Position numbers and translations under genes: made by a program. From NCBI GenBank assembly GCA_965209035.1, contig OZ242372.1, forward strand, positions 416,001 to 480,000: a DNA stretch of 64,000 nucleotides, in the 5' to 3' direction. Every line of letters starts with the position of its first letter. Within the stretch, counting starts at the first letter, position 1. Shown here in pieces: positions 28,616 to 39,218 of the stretch. Under the pieces are notes generated by a model, which worked only from the letters and a program-made list of their open reading frames with translations, made no database searches and was not told the DNA's origin. Source of the stretch: Gammaproteobacteria bacterium. GTDB lineage: Bacteria; Pseudomonadota; Gammaproteobacteria; CBDBNL01; JAAOII01.

Positions 28616-30678
28616 GGCAGTTGCAACTCCGGGATCTCGCGAAAAAATTCAAGAGCCGCCGGATTGGCAAGAGCGGTGCGGTTGGTTACCTCCCGTCCGT
28701 GAATCATCTCGCGCACCGCCAGTTCGCAAAGTTTCCCGTTGAGGGTGCGCGGGACTTCCGGCACCGCAATGATTTTTGCCGGCACATGACGCGGTGAGGC
28801 ATTTTGGCGAATATGCATTCGGATTTTTTGGCAAAGAGTTGTGTCTAAAGAGCCTAAAAAGCCTGAAGAGCCTAATTTGCCCGGTGCGCCTAACGCGCCT
28901 GATGCATCTTTGCCGGACAAGACCACAAACAAAATAATCCGACTGTCCCCTTTCCACTCCTGTGCTACCGCCAGGCAATCGGCAATCTCCGCCATCTGTT
29001 CCAAGGGTCTGTAAATTTCCGCGCTGCCGATACGCACCCCGCCCGGATTTAAGGTCGCATCCGAACGGCCGTAAATAACAAACCCGCCGGTTTCTGTTTG
29101 CTCCGCATAGTCGCCGTGCGTCCAAATACCGGAGAAGCGTTCAAAGTAAGATTGTTTGTATTTTTCGTACTTGGGGTCTTCAAATCCGAGTGAAACAGGC
29201 ACGCTCGGGAATATCTTGCGACATACCAACTCGCCCTTATCGCCGATCACCTCTTTTCCGTTCCCGTCATAAATTGCCACATCCATCCCCAGAGCCGCCG
29301 CTTGTATCTCGCCGCGCCGCACCGGCAGAGTCGGAACACCAAGCACAAAGCAACCGAGAATATCCGTTCCCCCCGAGATAGAAGCCAAGTGCAGATCGCG
29401 CTTGAACGCGGTGTGAACATAATCAAACCCGACACCGCTCAGGGGTGAGCCGGTGGAACAGAGCATCCGCAAATCGGGTAGCCCTCCGTCACCTGCGACA
29501 ACACCCCTATTTTGCATCTGCTCCAAAAGTCCGGCACTTAAGCCGGCGACGGTTAACTTCTCTTGTCGCCAAAGGTTGAGCAGCCTGTCCGCACCGGGAT
29601 GAAAAGGATGTCCGTCATACAGAACAAGACGCGTCCCCAACAGAAGCCCGCTCGCCATCCAATTCCACATCATCCAACCGCAAGTCGTGAAATAAGAAAG
29701 ACTGTCCTTGGCATCCAGGTCCGTATGCAGCCCCAATTCGCAAAGATGCTTGAGCAGGACTCCGCCGTGGCTGTGAACGATGCATTTCGGCAAGCCGGTT
29801 GTACCGGAAGAAAACATCACAAACAAAGGATGATCAAACGGCAGATGTTCCGTCGGCGGCGGCGGCTGGGACGCGCCCGTTCGGATAAAATCCTCCCAAT
29901 CTTCTTCGGCAGCCGCGGGCTCGCCTCCGTCTCCGTCCCCCGCCTCCCCGACCCACAGGATCTTCGGGGGCTCGGGCAAGTGCGCGCCCAATTGTCTGAC
30001 TTTCTTGCCCATCCGGTGTTGTTTTCCTTTGTATGAGTAACTTTTGGTTACAAACAATAACTTGGGACGCGTTTGGCCGAGCCTGTCCGCCAAACCGCCG
30101 ACACCAAAATCCGGCGAACAAGAAGACCAAACCGCGCCAATTCTTGCCGTTGCCAGCATACAGATAATCGCCTCCGGACAATTCGTCAGAATACCGGCGA
30201 CCCGATCTCCCTTCCCGATTCCGTTTGCCCGCAAAGCGGCGGCACACGCCAACACAGAACGGTAAAGTGCGTCGCGCCCGATTTCTCGGCGATTTCCCGC
30301 CTCATCAACATTCACTATCGCAACCGACTTGTCCCGCCTTTGCAAAGCCATTTCCGAATAGTTAAGGCGCGCCTCGCCAAACCAGCGACCCCGATAAAAA
30401 GGGGCGCCCGGCTTCCAACTGAGCACATGTCCGCCCTTCTTGCCGGGGATCCGGTAAAAATCCCAGAGTTTGGACCAAAATTGTGCCGGTTCCCTGACAG
30501 TGTATGCGTGCAGGTCGCGATAGGAATGATCTTTCATGCCGACATATTCGGCAAAGCGTTGGATAGCGTATTGCCCCTTTTTGCCTGAAAGCGGCGGCCG
30601 GAAAAGGACCGAACTTGCCGACCGATTCATTTTATTTGCAAGCGGGGAAGTTTTGGAATTCGTCATTACACAGCACAC
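28612..30678 (-). CDS. Acetoacetate--CoA ligase
   Basis: WSSCSPDFG, FSSGTTGLPKCIVH, FTTCGWMMWNW, SISGGTD and GRSDATLNPGGVRIG. Start may be slightly downstream. Confidence 0.92.
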   Translation of the reverse strand: MCCVMTNSKTSPLANKMNRSASSVLFRPPLSGKKGQYAIQRFAEYVGMKDHSYRDLHAYTVREPAQFWSKLWDFYRIPGKKGGHVLSWKPGAPFYRGRWFGEARLNYSEMALQRRDKSVAIVNVDEAGNRREIGRDALYRSVLACAAALRANGIGKGDRVAGILTNCPEAIICMLATARIGAVWSSCSPDFGVGGLADRLGQTRPKLLFVTKSYSYKGKQHRMGKKVRQLGAHLPEPPKILWVGEAGDGDGGEPAAAEEDWEDFIRTGASQPPPPTEHLPFDHPLFVMFSSGTTGLPKCIVHSHGGVLLKHLCELGLHTDLDAKDSLSYFTTCGWMMWNWMASGLLLGTRLVLYDGHPFHPGADRLLNLWRQEKLTVAGLSAGLLEQMQNRGVVAGDGGLPDLRMLCSTGSPLSGVGFDYVHTAFKRDLHLASISGGTDILGCFVLGVPTLPVRRGEIQAAALGMDVAIYDGNGKEVIGDKGELVCRKIFPSVPVSLGFEDPKYEKYKQSYFERFSGIWTHGDYAEQTETGGFVIYGRSDATLNPGGVRIGSAEIYRPLEQMAEIADCLAVAQEWKGDSRIILFVVLSGKDASGALGAPGKLGSSGFLGSLDTTLCQKIRMHIRQNASPRHVPAKIIAVPEVPRTLNGKLCELAVREMIHGREVTNRTALANPAALEFFREIPELQLP

Positions 30679-30788
30679 CGTTGCGCCGTTGCATTGCCCC
30701 GGCGTTTTACCCTCTTTTGTTATGACTTGTTATGATTTGCGGACGGAAGGCACGGCCTTGTGAATCAAATGCGTGCGGCCGCGGTCGT

Positions 30789-32105
30789 TTATCCCGGATA
30801 ACTTCTCTTACGATGACCCGTGTAAACCTGTTGCGGTCTGCCAATCCGATAGGAATTACTGATCATCTCGTTCCAGTGGGCGATCCAGCCGACGGTGCGC
30901 CCCAATGCAAAGATGACCGTAAACATATTGACCGGAATCCCGAGCGCGCGCAAAATGATCCCCGAGTAAAAATCCACATTCGGGTAGAGTTTCCTTTCAA
31001 CAAAATATTCGTCTTCCAAGGCGATCTTTTCCAACTGCTGCGCCAGCTGCAGCGTTTTGTCATTTTCCACTCCTTTGGCGGCAAGAACATCCGCGCAGAT
31101 CTGCTTAAGAACCTTCGCTCTCGGATCATAATTCTTGTAAACCCTGTGACCGAATCCCATCAAACGAAAGGGATCATCCGGGTTCTTTGCTTTTTTTATA
31201 AAAGCGGGGATGTTTTTTGTCTCTCCTATTTCCGCCAGCATATTAAGAACCGCTTCGTTGGCGCCGCCGTGAGCGGGGCCCCAAAGGGCGGCAACGCCGG
31301 CGGCAATACAGGCAAACGGGTTGGCACCCGTGGAACCCGCCAAACGCACGGTGGAAGTGGAAGCATTCTGTTCGTGATCCGCATGCAAAATAAAGATGAC
31401 ATCCAACGCCTTCACAAAAATCGGATCCGCCGCGTAATCCTCGCAAGGATTTGCAAACATCATTCGCATGAAATTGGCGGTATAGGAAAGGTCGTTGCGC
31501 GGATAAATAATCGGTTCGCCGCGCAGGTACTTAAATGCCATCGCGGCAATTGTCGGCATCTTGGCAATCAGACGGTGGGCGCAGATCTCGCGATCGCGCG
31601 CATTTGTGATATCCAACGCATCGTGATAAAAAGCCGAAAGTGCGCCGATGATCCCGCAAACCACCGCCATAGGATGAGCATCCACACGAAAGCCGCTCAC
31701 AAATTCTTGCATTTTTTCGTGAACCATCGTGTGATAGGTAATGCTGTGCGTAAAAGATTTTAATGCGCTCGGGCTTGGCAGCTCGCCGTGCAGCAGCAAA
31801 TAGCAGGTTTCCAAATAAGAAGACTTCTCGCTGAGCTCCTCAATCGGATAACCGCGATAAAGAAGAACTCCCTTTTCGCCGTCTATGAAAGTAATTGCCG
31901 ATTCCGTGGAAGCTGTCACCGCATAACCGGGATCATATGTGAAATATCCCGCCGGTCCAAGATTGCCGATATCCAAAACCGGCTTGCCGTAGGTCCCCTG
32001 TTTGACAGGAAGCGCCAATGCCTCGCTTTTGCCCGGTAAGTGCAAAAGAGCCTCTTGCTCCGCCCCGCCTTTCTTGTCGTTGTTTTTGAATGTCTTTGTA
32101 TTCAT
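30789..32105 (-). CDS. gltA: Type II citrate synthase
   Basis: [35 protein letters not shown] and YPNVDFYSG; start at ATG 32105 after an AAGGAG RBS. Confidence 0.97.
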   Translation of the reverse strand: MNTKTFKNNDKKGGAEQEALLHLPGKSEALALPVKQGTYGKPVLDIGNLGPAGYFTYDPGYAVTASTESAITFIDGEKGVLLYRGYPIEELSEKSSYLETCYLLLHGELPSPSALKSFTHSITYHTMVHEKMQEFVSGFRVDAHPMAVVCGIIGALSAFYHDALDITNARDREICAHRLIAKMPTIAAMAFKYLRGEPIIYPRNDLSYTANFMRMMFANPCEDYAADPIFVKALDVIFILHADHEQNASTSTVRLAGSTGANPFACIAAGVAALWGPAHGGANEAVLNMLAEIGETKNIPAFIKKAKNPDDPFRLMGFGHRVYKNYDPRAKVLKQICADVLAAKGVENDKTLQLAQQLEKIALEDEYFVERKLYPNVDFYSGIILRALGIPVNMFTVIFALGRTVGWIAHWNEMISNSYRIGRPQQVYTGHRKRSYPG

Positions 32106-32468
32106 TGTTTTTCTCTCCTTAAATAATGCTTTAATTATACAACATAACAGAGCAATAAAAATCGTGTAAAAATCGCGTGATCCGTTCAAAAAATACAAAT
32201 ACTCTGTTCAATTTTTAAATAAATAAAATAAAGGGAATGCGAGTAATAAAACCATTATTTTATCAAGGCATCGTGTGAGTATTTTTTGTATGATCGTTGA
32301 TTGCCAAAAAAATTAAATTCACCGGTTATTAACCGATTTCCGGGATTTTACCTTTCATAAAGGGCATAATGCTTTTGTGTTTGCTTTGAAATTTTTGTAA
32401 GGTTTCCAAGCAGACATCGGTTGGCTTATGTATGAAAAAGTGATAAGAAACAAACTATCAATCTATTA

Positions 32469-33431
32469 ATGTTAATGTCAAAAAAAATACTGATATGTCT
32501 TCTCGCCTGGCAATGGATGCTCGGCGTTCCCGCCGTCTACGCGGAAGACTTAAAAACCTATGAAAAAGTTCGCGGCATAGCCGGCAACCTTTCCGGCGTT
32601 GGCTCGGACACCCTGGCAAACCTGATGACACTCTGGGCGGAGGAGTTCACAAAACTCTACCCGAGTGTTAATGTGCAAATACAAGCGGCCGGTTCTTCCA
32701 CCGCCCCGCCGGCACTGATTGAGGGGAGTTCCAACTTCGGGCCTATGAGCCGTCGGATGAAGGACAAAGAAATTGCCGACTTTGAAAAAAAATTTGGCTA
32801 TAAGCCGACGGGTATCCCGGTTGCCATAGACGCTTTGGTGATTTTTGTTCACAAGGATAACCCGATTGCCGGGCTCTCTTTGAAGCAAGCGGATGCTATT
32901 TTTTCATCCACCCGCAATTGCGGCGCCAAAAGCGATATCCGTGTGTGGGGGGCGGCGGGGCTCACGGGAGATTGGGAGCACAAGCCGATTGAACTCTTTG
33001 GACGCAACTCGGCTTCCGGAACCTACGGTTACTTCAAGAATGCCGCACTTTGCAAGGGGGATTACAAATCTTCGGTTAACGAACAACCCGGTTCTTCATC
33101 CGTTGTCCAATCCGTTGGTACCACTTTGAACGGCATCGGATATTCGGGCATCGGCTACAGGACCTCTTCGGTGCGTGCCCTGCCCCTGTCCAAAACCGGC
33201 ACAAACTATATTGAAGCGACAGCGGAAAACGCCGCATCGGGTAAGTATCCTTTGGCACGTTTTCTGTATGTTTATGTCAACAAGCAGCCCGGCAAGCCGC
33301 TGCCACCTTTGGAAAGAGAGTTTATCAAAATGGTGTACTCCATACTCGGACAAGAAGTTGTTGTAAAAGACGGTTATGTTCCTTTAAGTGCAAGGATTAC
33401 CAACAAGTATCTGAAGGAACTCGGCATATAA
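32469..33431 (+). CDS. pstS: Phosphate ABC transporter substrate-binding protein
   Basis: Signal peptide; [24 protein letters not shown] and YPLARFLY. Confidence 0.92.
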   Translation: MLMSKKILICLLAWQWMLGVPAVYAEDLKTYEKVRGIAGNLSGVGSDTLANLMTLWAEEFTKLYPSVNVQIQAAGSSTAPPALIEGSSNFGPMSRRMKDKEIADFEKKFGYKPTGIPVAIDALVIFVHKDNPIAGLSLKQADAIFSSTRNCGAKSDIRVWGAAGLTGDWEHKPIELFGRNSASGTYGYFKNAALCKGDYKSSVNEQPGSSSVVQSVGTTLNGIGYSGIGYRTSSVRALPLSKTGTNYIEATAENAASGKYPLARFLYVYVNKQPGKPLPPLEREFIKMVYSILGQEVVVKDGYVPLSARITNKYLKELGI

Positions 33432-33654
33432 TCAGCCGCCGTACGGCCGCACGGCCGCACGGCCGCACGAAGGTGCCACAAAATCGCAAAAGGTTTTTAT
33501 GCTAACATCCGAGGATGTTCCGCTTGCGGGCGGTGTCCTCTCTTTTTACCTTTGCTACTTTTTTTGAGGGAGAAGTAACGCACAAAGACTTTCATCTCAC
33601 ATCCTTCTCCTCTTCCCCCCCCCTACTTTCCCGTCCGCATCCTGCGGAAAGTCG

Positions 33655-34521
33655 TCAGACGGATGCGGGCGGCACCGATGGCACGGATAAAAGATCTTTC
33701 AGTTCTTCAAAAAGATGAGTGTTTGAAACCAGCAAAGAAGTCGGGCCGGAATAAATTGCGTCTCCGCTTTCCAGCATCCCACCGATTTGACCGACAAACA
33801 ATTCGGCAACTTCAATGAGTTCCGGCGACAGAGACATCCCGTAAAAGATATCCAAACGACCGGCGGCACAATCCAAAAAATCCAAGAACCAAGAACCGCT
33901 ATTGACAAATCCGCCTGTAACACCTAGTAATTGGATCGCAATCGGCGGTGGCAATTCGGCGGCTGACACCGGGTCTTTTCTCGTCCCCCTTTCACCGGTA
34001 TTTTCTTTGTCCAAGGCGGGTTCTGCGTGTCGCCGCCGGACGAGAATATCCCGGGAAACATCCCGGACAGATGACACATGCAATGCCAATAACGCGGTTC
34101 TTAAATCTTTCTTGACGGAGAAATGCATTCTCTTGGCCTTTTCAAAGGCTCCGCGCTTTGCCAAAGCCACAAAAAAATTGCCCGTATGCGGTTCAAATAC
34201 CAGGGCCTTATGAATCTTCCCCCTGAGGTAACCCGCCACACAAAAAGACCAACGCGGCAAACCGCGCAAAAAGACCTGTTCCTCGGGAATAAGATGAGCG
34301 CACCAGGTATAGCCTTCCGTATCTATGTCCGCCGGCCGCAGGGCGTACTTGTCCGATGTGAAAACAGCGTTAATTTTGTCGCCCAGTTGTTCGTTCATAT
34401 CGGCGCGGAGTACGGACAAGGATTCCGCAGTCTGATCGCCGCGCATCTGGGCGACGATCGTCCTGCCGCCCAGGGCGCGCAGGAATTGACTGACCATATT
34501 TAAAGAAGGATCCGGAATCAC
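33655..34521 (-). CDS. Degenerate inositol monophosphatase/SuhB-like protein
   Basis: IMPase-like layout (F.RGLP.WS..VA, EP..G..F.A..RGAF, GS..LD....A.GRLD.FY) but no DPxDGT motif. GTG start inferred at 34521. Confidence 0.7.
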   Translation of the reverse strand: MIPDPSLNMVSQFLRALGGRTIVAQMRGDQTAESLSVLRADMNEQLGDKINAVFTSDKYALRPADIDTEGYTWCAHLIPEEQVFLRGLPRWSFCVAGYLRGKIHKALVFEPHTGNFFVALAKRGAFEKAKRMHFSVKKDLRTALLALHVSSVRDVSRDILVRRRHAEPALDKENTGERGTRKDPVSAAELPPPIAIQLLGVTGGFVNSGSWFLDFLDCAAGRLDIFYGMSLSPELIEVAELFVGQIGGMLESGDAIYSGPTSLLVSNTHLFEELKDLLSVPSVPPASV

Positions 34522-34580
34522 AGCAGTTGCTTTGCTTTTAAAATAAAAATAAAACTTTTTTCGGCAAGAAGAAGACTTTC

Positions 34581-36137
34581 TTACCCAAGACCATAGGCGA
34601 GACCATAGATCGGTGCGACCCAATCAATCTCAATCCCTGTTCCTTTCTTGCAAACAAACTCGGGTAACACACCCAAGTTGGCAAGTGCCGCCAATTCGTC
34701 ATTAATATATATCATAGGCAACCAAGGGCGCAGCCAAGGCGGGACCTGTGCTTCTTGCAAGAGTTTTTTCAAAGTTCTGCTTCCATCTCTGCCAGCCAAA
34801 CGGAATCTATCGCCTTGGGAAGAATGGTGATCGTAATGAACCGGAACGGGATGCTTAACCAGGACCCTTTCCCCTTTTGCCGGAGGGCGCATTCCCTTGT
34901 CTTGCACAGCCCTAAGCCGCAGTTGCCCCGGAAAAGGATATTCTTCTGTTGTGTCATCCATCTTTGCGATCACTGCCGCGGTGTCGGTCTTTTTGTCGGC
35001 GGCATGGTTCGCAAGCAAACAACGGGCTGTCTCTGTGATCTCGACGGCGGCCTGTCGCTCCGTATCGGGCAATACCAAAGGAGGCATCGCATACAGATAC
35101 TTTTTGTACTGACGAATGCTCCCCGCTTCCCATTCCAACAGGAGGGCGGTATCCGATTTGGTATTCAGTCTTCGCCGGCACTCGTCAAACGCTGCCCGCG
35201 CGGGAGGCGGCAACCGGCATGCTCGCAACCAGGCAAGCAGAGTTTCCGTCCGCTCAACCTCGGGCAAAAGCAGCAAGAGTTCCAAAGACAAAGGCCTTCC
35301 TTTTTTTCCGCCGATACCATCCCGCCCGCCAAAGAGGGTATCATGGTAGGCATCCGCCGCCTCGCGCTGGGCGGCAAGACGCTCCGCGGCAAATGCCAAG
35401 TTCCGCGATGCGCCGCCCCATTTCTTCTTTAGGACGGGTAGCACCCGGTGTCGGATGTAGTTGCGTTCGTGTCTCGGATCCGCATTAGTCGGGTCGGCAA
35501 GATATCGCAATGCGCGCAGCCGCAGGTATGCGCGCATACTTTCTTCGCTCAAATTTAAAAAAGGACGCAATAAGAAAGACGAACTCCGTTCACCCAAATT
35601 CTGTGCCGAAACCAACGGACGCTTCAACGGCATGCCGCTCGGATTCCCGCGCATCAATTGCAACAACAGAGTCTCGGCTTGATCCTCCATATGATGTGCC
35701 AACAATAAGACCGAACCGGGCGGAAGTTCGTCGCGCCAAACGGCATACCTGCCTCTGCGGGCTGCCATCTCCGCGCTTTCTTTGCCCGGCACCGTGAGTT
35801 TGAGAGATGAAACAACCAAAGGGACATTCAATTCCGCACAAACCTGTCGACAGTGTGTCGCCCATTCATCCGAGCGGGGCGTGAGACCATGATTGATGTG
35901 CCAGGCGCGCAGGTCTGTCCCGGACAAGTAATTTTTCGTTTTTGAGGGGGCGGGTGTTTCGCCGCTATTCGGCAAGTCTTTCTGTTCCCGGGCGGCCTGC
36001 CATACAGCGGCGGTAGCATACAACAAGGCGGTGGAATCCTTTCCGCCACTGAATGCCACATAAAAGATGCGCCGGCCGGCCGCGTGTTGTTCGATCGCGT
36101 CGCGCAGATGCAATTCCAATGGCAATAATTCTCTCAT
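34581..36137 (-). CDS. tilS: tRNA(Ile)-lysidine synthetase
   Basis: VAFSGGKDS, HINHGL, AHHMEDQAET, DPTN..RNYIRH and C-terminal LKKLLQE..VPPWLR. Confidence 0.94.
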   Translation of the reverse strand: MRELLPLELHLRDAIEQHAAGRRIFYVAFSGGKDSTALLYATAAVWQAAREQKDLPNSGETPAPSKTKNYLSGTDLRAWHINHGLTPRSDEWATHCRQVCAELNVPLVVSSLKLTVPGKESAEMAARRGRYAVWRDELPPGSVLLLAHHMEDQAETLLLQLMRGNPSGMPLKRPLVSAQNLGERSSSFLLRPFLNLSEESMRAYLRLRALRYLADPTNADPRHERNYIRHRVLPVLKKKWGGASRNLAFAAERLAAQREAADAYHDTLFGGRDGIGGKKGRPLSLELLLLLPEVERTETLLAWLRACRLPPPARAAFDECRRRLNTKSDTALLLEWEAGSIRQYKKYLYAMPPLVLPDTERQAAVEITETARCLLANHAADKKTDTAAVIAKMDDTTEEYPFPGQLRLRAVQDKGMRPPAKGERVLVKHPVPVHYDHHSSQGDRFRLAGRDGSRTLKKLLQEAQVPPWLRPWLPMIYINDELAALANLGVLPEFVCKKGTGIEIDWVAPIYGLAYGLG

Positions 36138-36353
36138 GCGGAAAGTAACGGGAAAATGAATGGGGCCAATACGGCGTCACTTCTTTGCGGCGCAGATTCC
36201 GCATCCCGTGAGGAAGTTAAAATATCCTGCGATGCCCAAAACAATAGGAAAAATATCATCGGTAAAAGTTGTTGAAGTGCATCTTCTCGCGTTTTCTTAC
36301 ATCATACAACAACCGAACAGCAGCGAAACAACAGCGGAATTCGGTTTGCGAAG

Positions 36354-36430
36354 ATTAGGACCGGAAGGGGATCAAGGGGCTCGCCTGTCCGGTGCCGAGA
36401 GTAACCGGAACACACCGGGGGCTTTTTTTC
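36354..36430 (+). ncRNA. Candidate structured RNA or terminator upstream of tctC
   Basis: Alternative stems ggaccgga/tccggtgcc and ccggtg/caccgg, followed by a T7 tract; partial resemblance to SRP RNA motifs. Confidence 0.3.
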
Positions 36431-36534
36431 GTTTTTGGTTTGTGCTATAATTGGTTCTTGTAACAAGCGGGATCGCAATGTGCGGCCTGCAATTTATTAT
36501 TAACTTTAAATATAAAAACATATATACATAAAAA

Positions 36535-37515
36535 ATGAAATACTCTTATATTAAAAAACTGATGGCACTTGTTGTATCCTGTGCCCTTGTCCTTTCTCCC
36601 GTATCCATGGCGGCGGTGACCAATGTTCACTTCCTCATACCTGGAGGCGCCGGTGGCGGCTGGGACGGAACTGCACGCGGTGTCGGCAAGGCACTGACTG
36701 ATGCGGGCTTGCTGAAGCGGGCATCTTATCAAAATCTGTCCGGCGGTGGCGGCGGTGTTGCCATTGCCAACCTCATTAAAACTGCGAAGACAAAGAAAGC
36801 AAAACGAACTCTGATGGTGAACTCTACGCCGATCATCGTTCGTTCCTTATCCAAGGTGTTTCCGCAATCTTTTCGCGATCTCGTCCCCGTTGCGGGTGTG
36901 ATTGCCGACTTCCAGGCTCTGGTTGTTGTCACCAAATCCAAGTACAACAATTTTGGACAGGTGGTGCGTGATTTCAAACGCGACCCGAAGAGTGTGAAGG
37001 TGGCGGGCGGCTCCAGTGCCGGCAGTTTGGATCACATTTCCGCCGCGTTGGCCTTTCAGGCTGCGGGGCAGGAACCGACCAAAATGATCTATGTTCCCTA
37101 TGATGCGGGCGGCGATGCCATGGCGGCTCTCCTTTCCGGGGAAACGGCACTCCTTTCCACCGGCTTAAGCGAAGCCCTGGAACTGTCGCGTGCGGGCACA
37201 GTGCGTATTCTGGCTTCCACCGCACCGGCAAGAATTGCCGATGCGCCGGAAATCCCCACGCTCAAAGAGCAAGGATATGATGTGGAATTCGCTAACTGGC
37301 GCGGCTTCTTTGCCGCTCCCGGCACACCCGCGAGCCAGGTAGCGGAATATAACGCGCTTCTCAGCAAAATGTACGACACTCCCCAATGGGAAGAAGTGCG
37401 CAGCAGAAACGGCTGGGTGAACAACTATGTCGCAGGTCCGGACGATTTCTATCAATTCTTGGAAAACCAAGAAAAAGAAGTCGGCGCCCTTCTGCGTCAG
37501 CTGGGTCTGTTGTAA
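36535..37515 (+). CDS. tctC: Tripartite tricarboxylate transporter substrate-binding protein
   Basis: PGGAGGGWDGTAR, GGGG, YVPY.AGG.A..ALL.G and NWRG.FA.PG. Confidence 0.92.
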   Translation: MKYSYIKKLMALVVSCALVLSPVSMAAVTNVHFLIPGGAGGGWDGTARGVGKALTDAGLLKRASYQNLSGGGGGVAIANLIKTAKTKKAKRTLMVNSTPIIVRSLSKVFPQSFRDLVPVAGVIADFQALVVVTKSKYNNFGQVVRDFKRDPKSVKVAGGSSAGSLDHISAALAFQAAGQEPTKMIYVPYDAGGDAMAALLSGETALLSTGLSEALELSRAGTVRILASTAPARIADAPEIPTLKEQGYDVEFANWRGFFAAPGTPASQVAEYNALLSKMYDTPQWEEVRSRNGWVNNYVAGPDDFYQFLENQEKEVGALLRQLGLL

Positions 37516-37556
37516 CCTCAAAAGACCTTACGGCTTCTCGTTGTCGCGAGAAGAAC

Positions 37557-37596
37557 AAAGGCTGTCTTTGCGGACAGCCTTTTTTTGTGGGCTGTA
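37557..37596 (+). terminator. Rho-independent terminator between convergent tctC and tctA (probably bidirectional)
   Basis: aaaggctgtc-tttgcg-gacagcctttttttt. Confidence 0.8.
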
Positions 37597-37634
37597 AAGG
37601 AGTGTGTTTTTTGTTCTTGCGGCTTCTACGACTT

Positions 37635-39149
37635 CTATGCCACTCGATCTCGTCTTTGCTGCACTTGGCTCATCACAAAAGAAACAATCGGGTACAGAAT
37701 AATCAACAGGGTGAATATGTTGATGACAAGAGAAATGGGCCTGTCCCACAGGAAAGAAACCGAGCCGTCATTAATGGTGAGTGCGCGGCGCAAGTTGCCT
37801 TCCATGAGGGTTCCCAAAATGAATCCCATGAGCATCGGCGCCATAGGAAAATCCAATAGTCGCAGTAAGATTGCAAAGACCGCAATGACCACCATCAATT
37901 GCAAATCAAATGTATTGAAAGAAATCAGATAAACGCCTATCAGGGAAAAGAAAATGACCAACGGCACCAGGAATTGGCGCGGGACATACAGCAGACGCGC
38001 GATATAAGGGATCAACGGCAAGTTAAGGACAAACAGAATGATGTTGCCCACATACATTGAAATGATCACCGACCAAAAAATCTCGGGGTTATCGGTAAAC
38101 AATCGGGGGCCGGGTTGAATGCCGAAGGACAACAAGGCGCCGAGCATGATCGCGGTGGTGCCGGATCCGGGAATACCGAGGGTGAGCAGCGGAACAAACG
38201 AGCCGGTGCAGGCGGCATTATTTGCGGTTTCCGGTGCCGCCAACCCGCGCAGACTGCCCTTGCCAAACTCTTTTTTGTACTTGGCGGAAGATATGTTGCG
38301 CTCTATGCCGTAAGCCAAAAAACTGGCAATGGTCGCGCCCGCACCCGGCAAAACACCGACAAAAAAGCCAAGAACGGAGGAACGCGCGATAGTGGGCGTA
38401 ATCTCTCGCACTTCCCGTTTCCCAAGTTTTAGACTGCCGAGGCTTGTCTGTTCTTGGCCGGTAAAACTGTCGGCACGCTTGAGAATGTTCATCACCGCCT
38501 CCGCCAATGCAAAAGTTGCCATTGCCAATAGCAAAAAACTGATCCCGTCCACCAGATTCGTGGTGCCGAAAGTAAACCTTTGCACGCCGCTGTTACGATC
38601 TGTCCCGATAGTTGCCAGCATTAATCCGAGGATGGTTGCCAGGATAGCGCGCAGGTATTGCCCGCGCCCGCCAAAGGCGGCAACCGCGGTGAGACCCAAC
38701 ACCATCAAACAAAAATAATCCGCAGACTGAAAACTGATGGCGACTTGCGCCAAAGCCGGAGCGGCAAACAACAGAAAAACTGTGGCGATGGTCCCGCCGG
38801 AAAATGAAGCGTAGGCCGCGATGGCAAGCGCCTTACCGGGAAACCCTTTTTTTGCCAGAGGGTAGCCGTCAAAAGAAGTGGCGACCGTGCCGGCAACCCC
38901 CGGGGCGTTGATGAGAATAGACGAAGTGGAGCCGCCAAATATGGCACCATAGTAAACACCCGCCATTAGAATCATGCCGGATGCCGGGTCAAAACTATAG
39001 GTGATGGGAATCATCAAGGCGATGGCGGATATGGGGCCCAAGCCGGGCAGCAATCCGATAAAGGTTCCCACAAAACACCCTAACACCACCATCGCCAGGT
39101 TTGTCGGCATAAATACCGTGGTCAACCCGATGGATATACCTTCCCACAT
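37635..39149 (-). CDS. tctA: Tripartite tricarboxylate transporter large permease
   Basis: GLLPGLG, YYGAIFGGSTSSIL.NAPG, APETANNA and PLLTLGIPGS. Confidence 0.94.
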   Translation of the reverse strand: MWEGISIGLTTVFMPTNLAMVVLGCFVGTFIGLLPGLGPISAIALMIPITYSFDPASGMILMAGVYYGAIFGGSTSSILINAPGVAGTVATSFDGYPLAKKGFPGKALAIAAYASFSGGTIATVFLLFAAPALAQVAISFQSADYFCLMVLGLTAVAAFGGRGQYLRAILATILGLMLATIGTDRNSGVQRFTFGTTNLVDGISFLLLAMATFALAEAVMNILKRADSFTGQEQTSLGSLKLGKREVREITPTIARSSVLGFFVGVLPGAGATIASFLAYGIERNISSAKYKKEFGKGSLRGLAAPETANNAACTGSFVPLLTLGIPGSGTTAIMLGALLSFGIQPGPRLFTDNPEIFWSVIISMYVGNIILFVLNLPLIPYIARLLYVPRQFLVPLVIFFSLIGVYLISFNTFDLQLMVVIAVFAILLRLLDFPMAPMLMGFILGTLMEGNLRRALTINDGSVSFLWDRPISLVINIFTLLIILYPIVSFVMSQVQQRRDRVA

Positions 39150-39218
39150 GATGCTTTATTCGATGCTTTATTCTCTGTTTATCGGTGCCGACATCGGCAA
39201 CATCGCTAACATCGATTA

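Noticed and set aside
30732-31763. 343-aa plus-strand ORF
   Set aside because: Antisense shadow of gltA.
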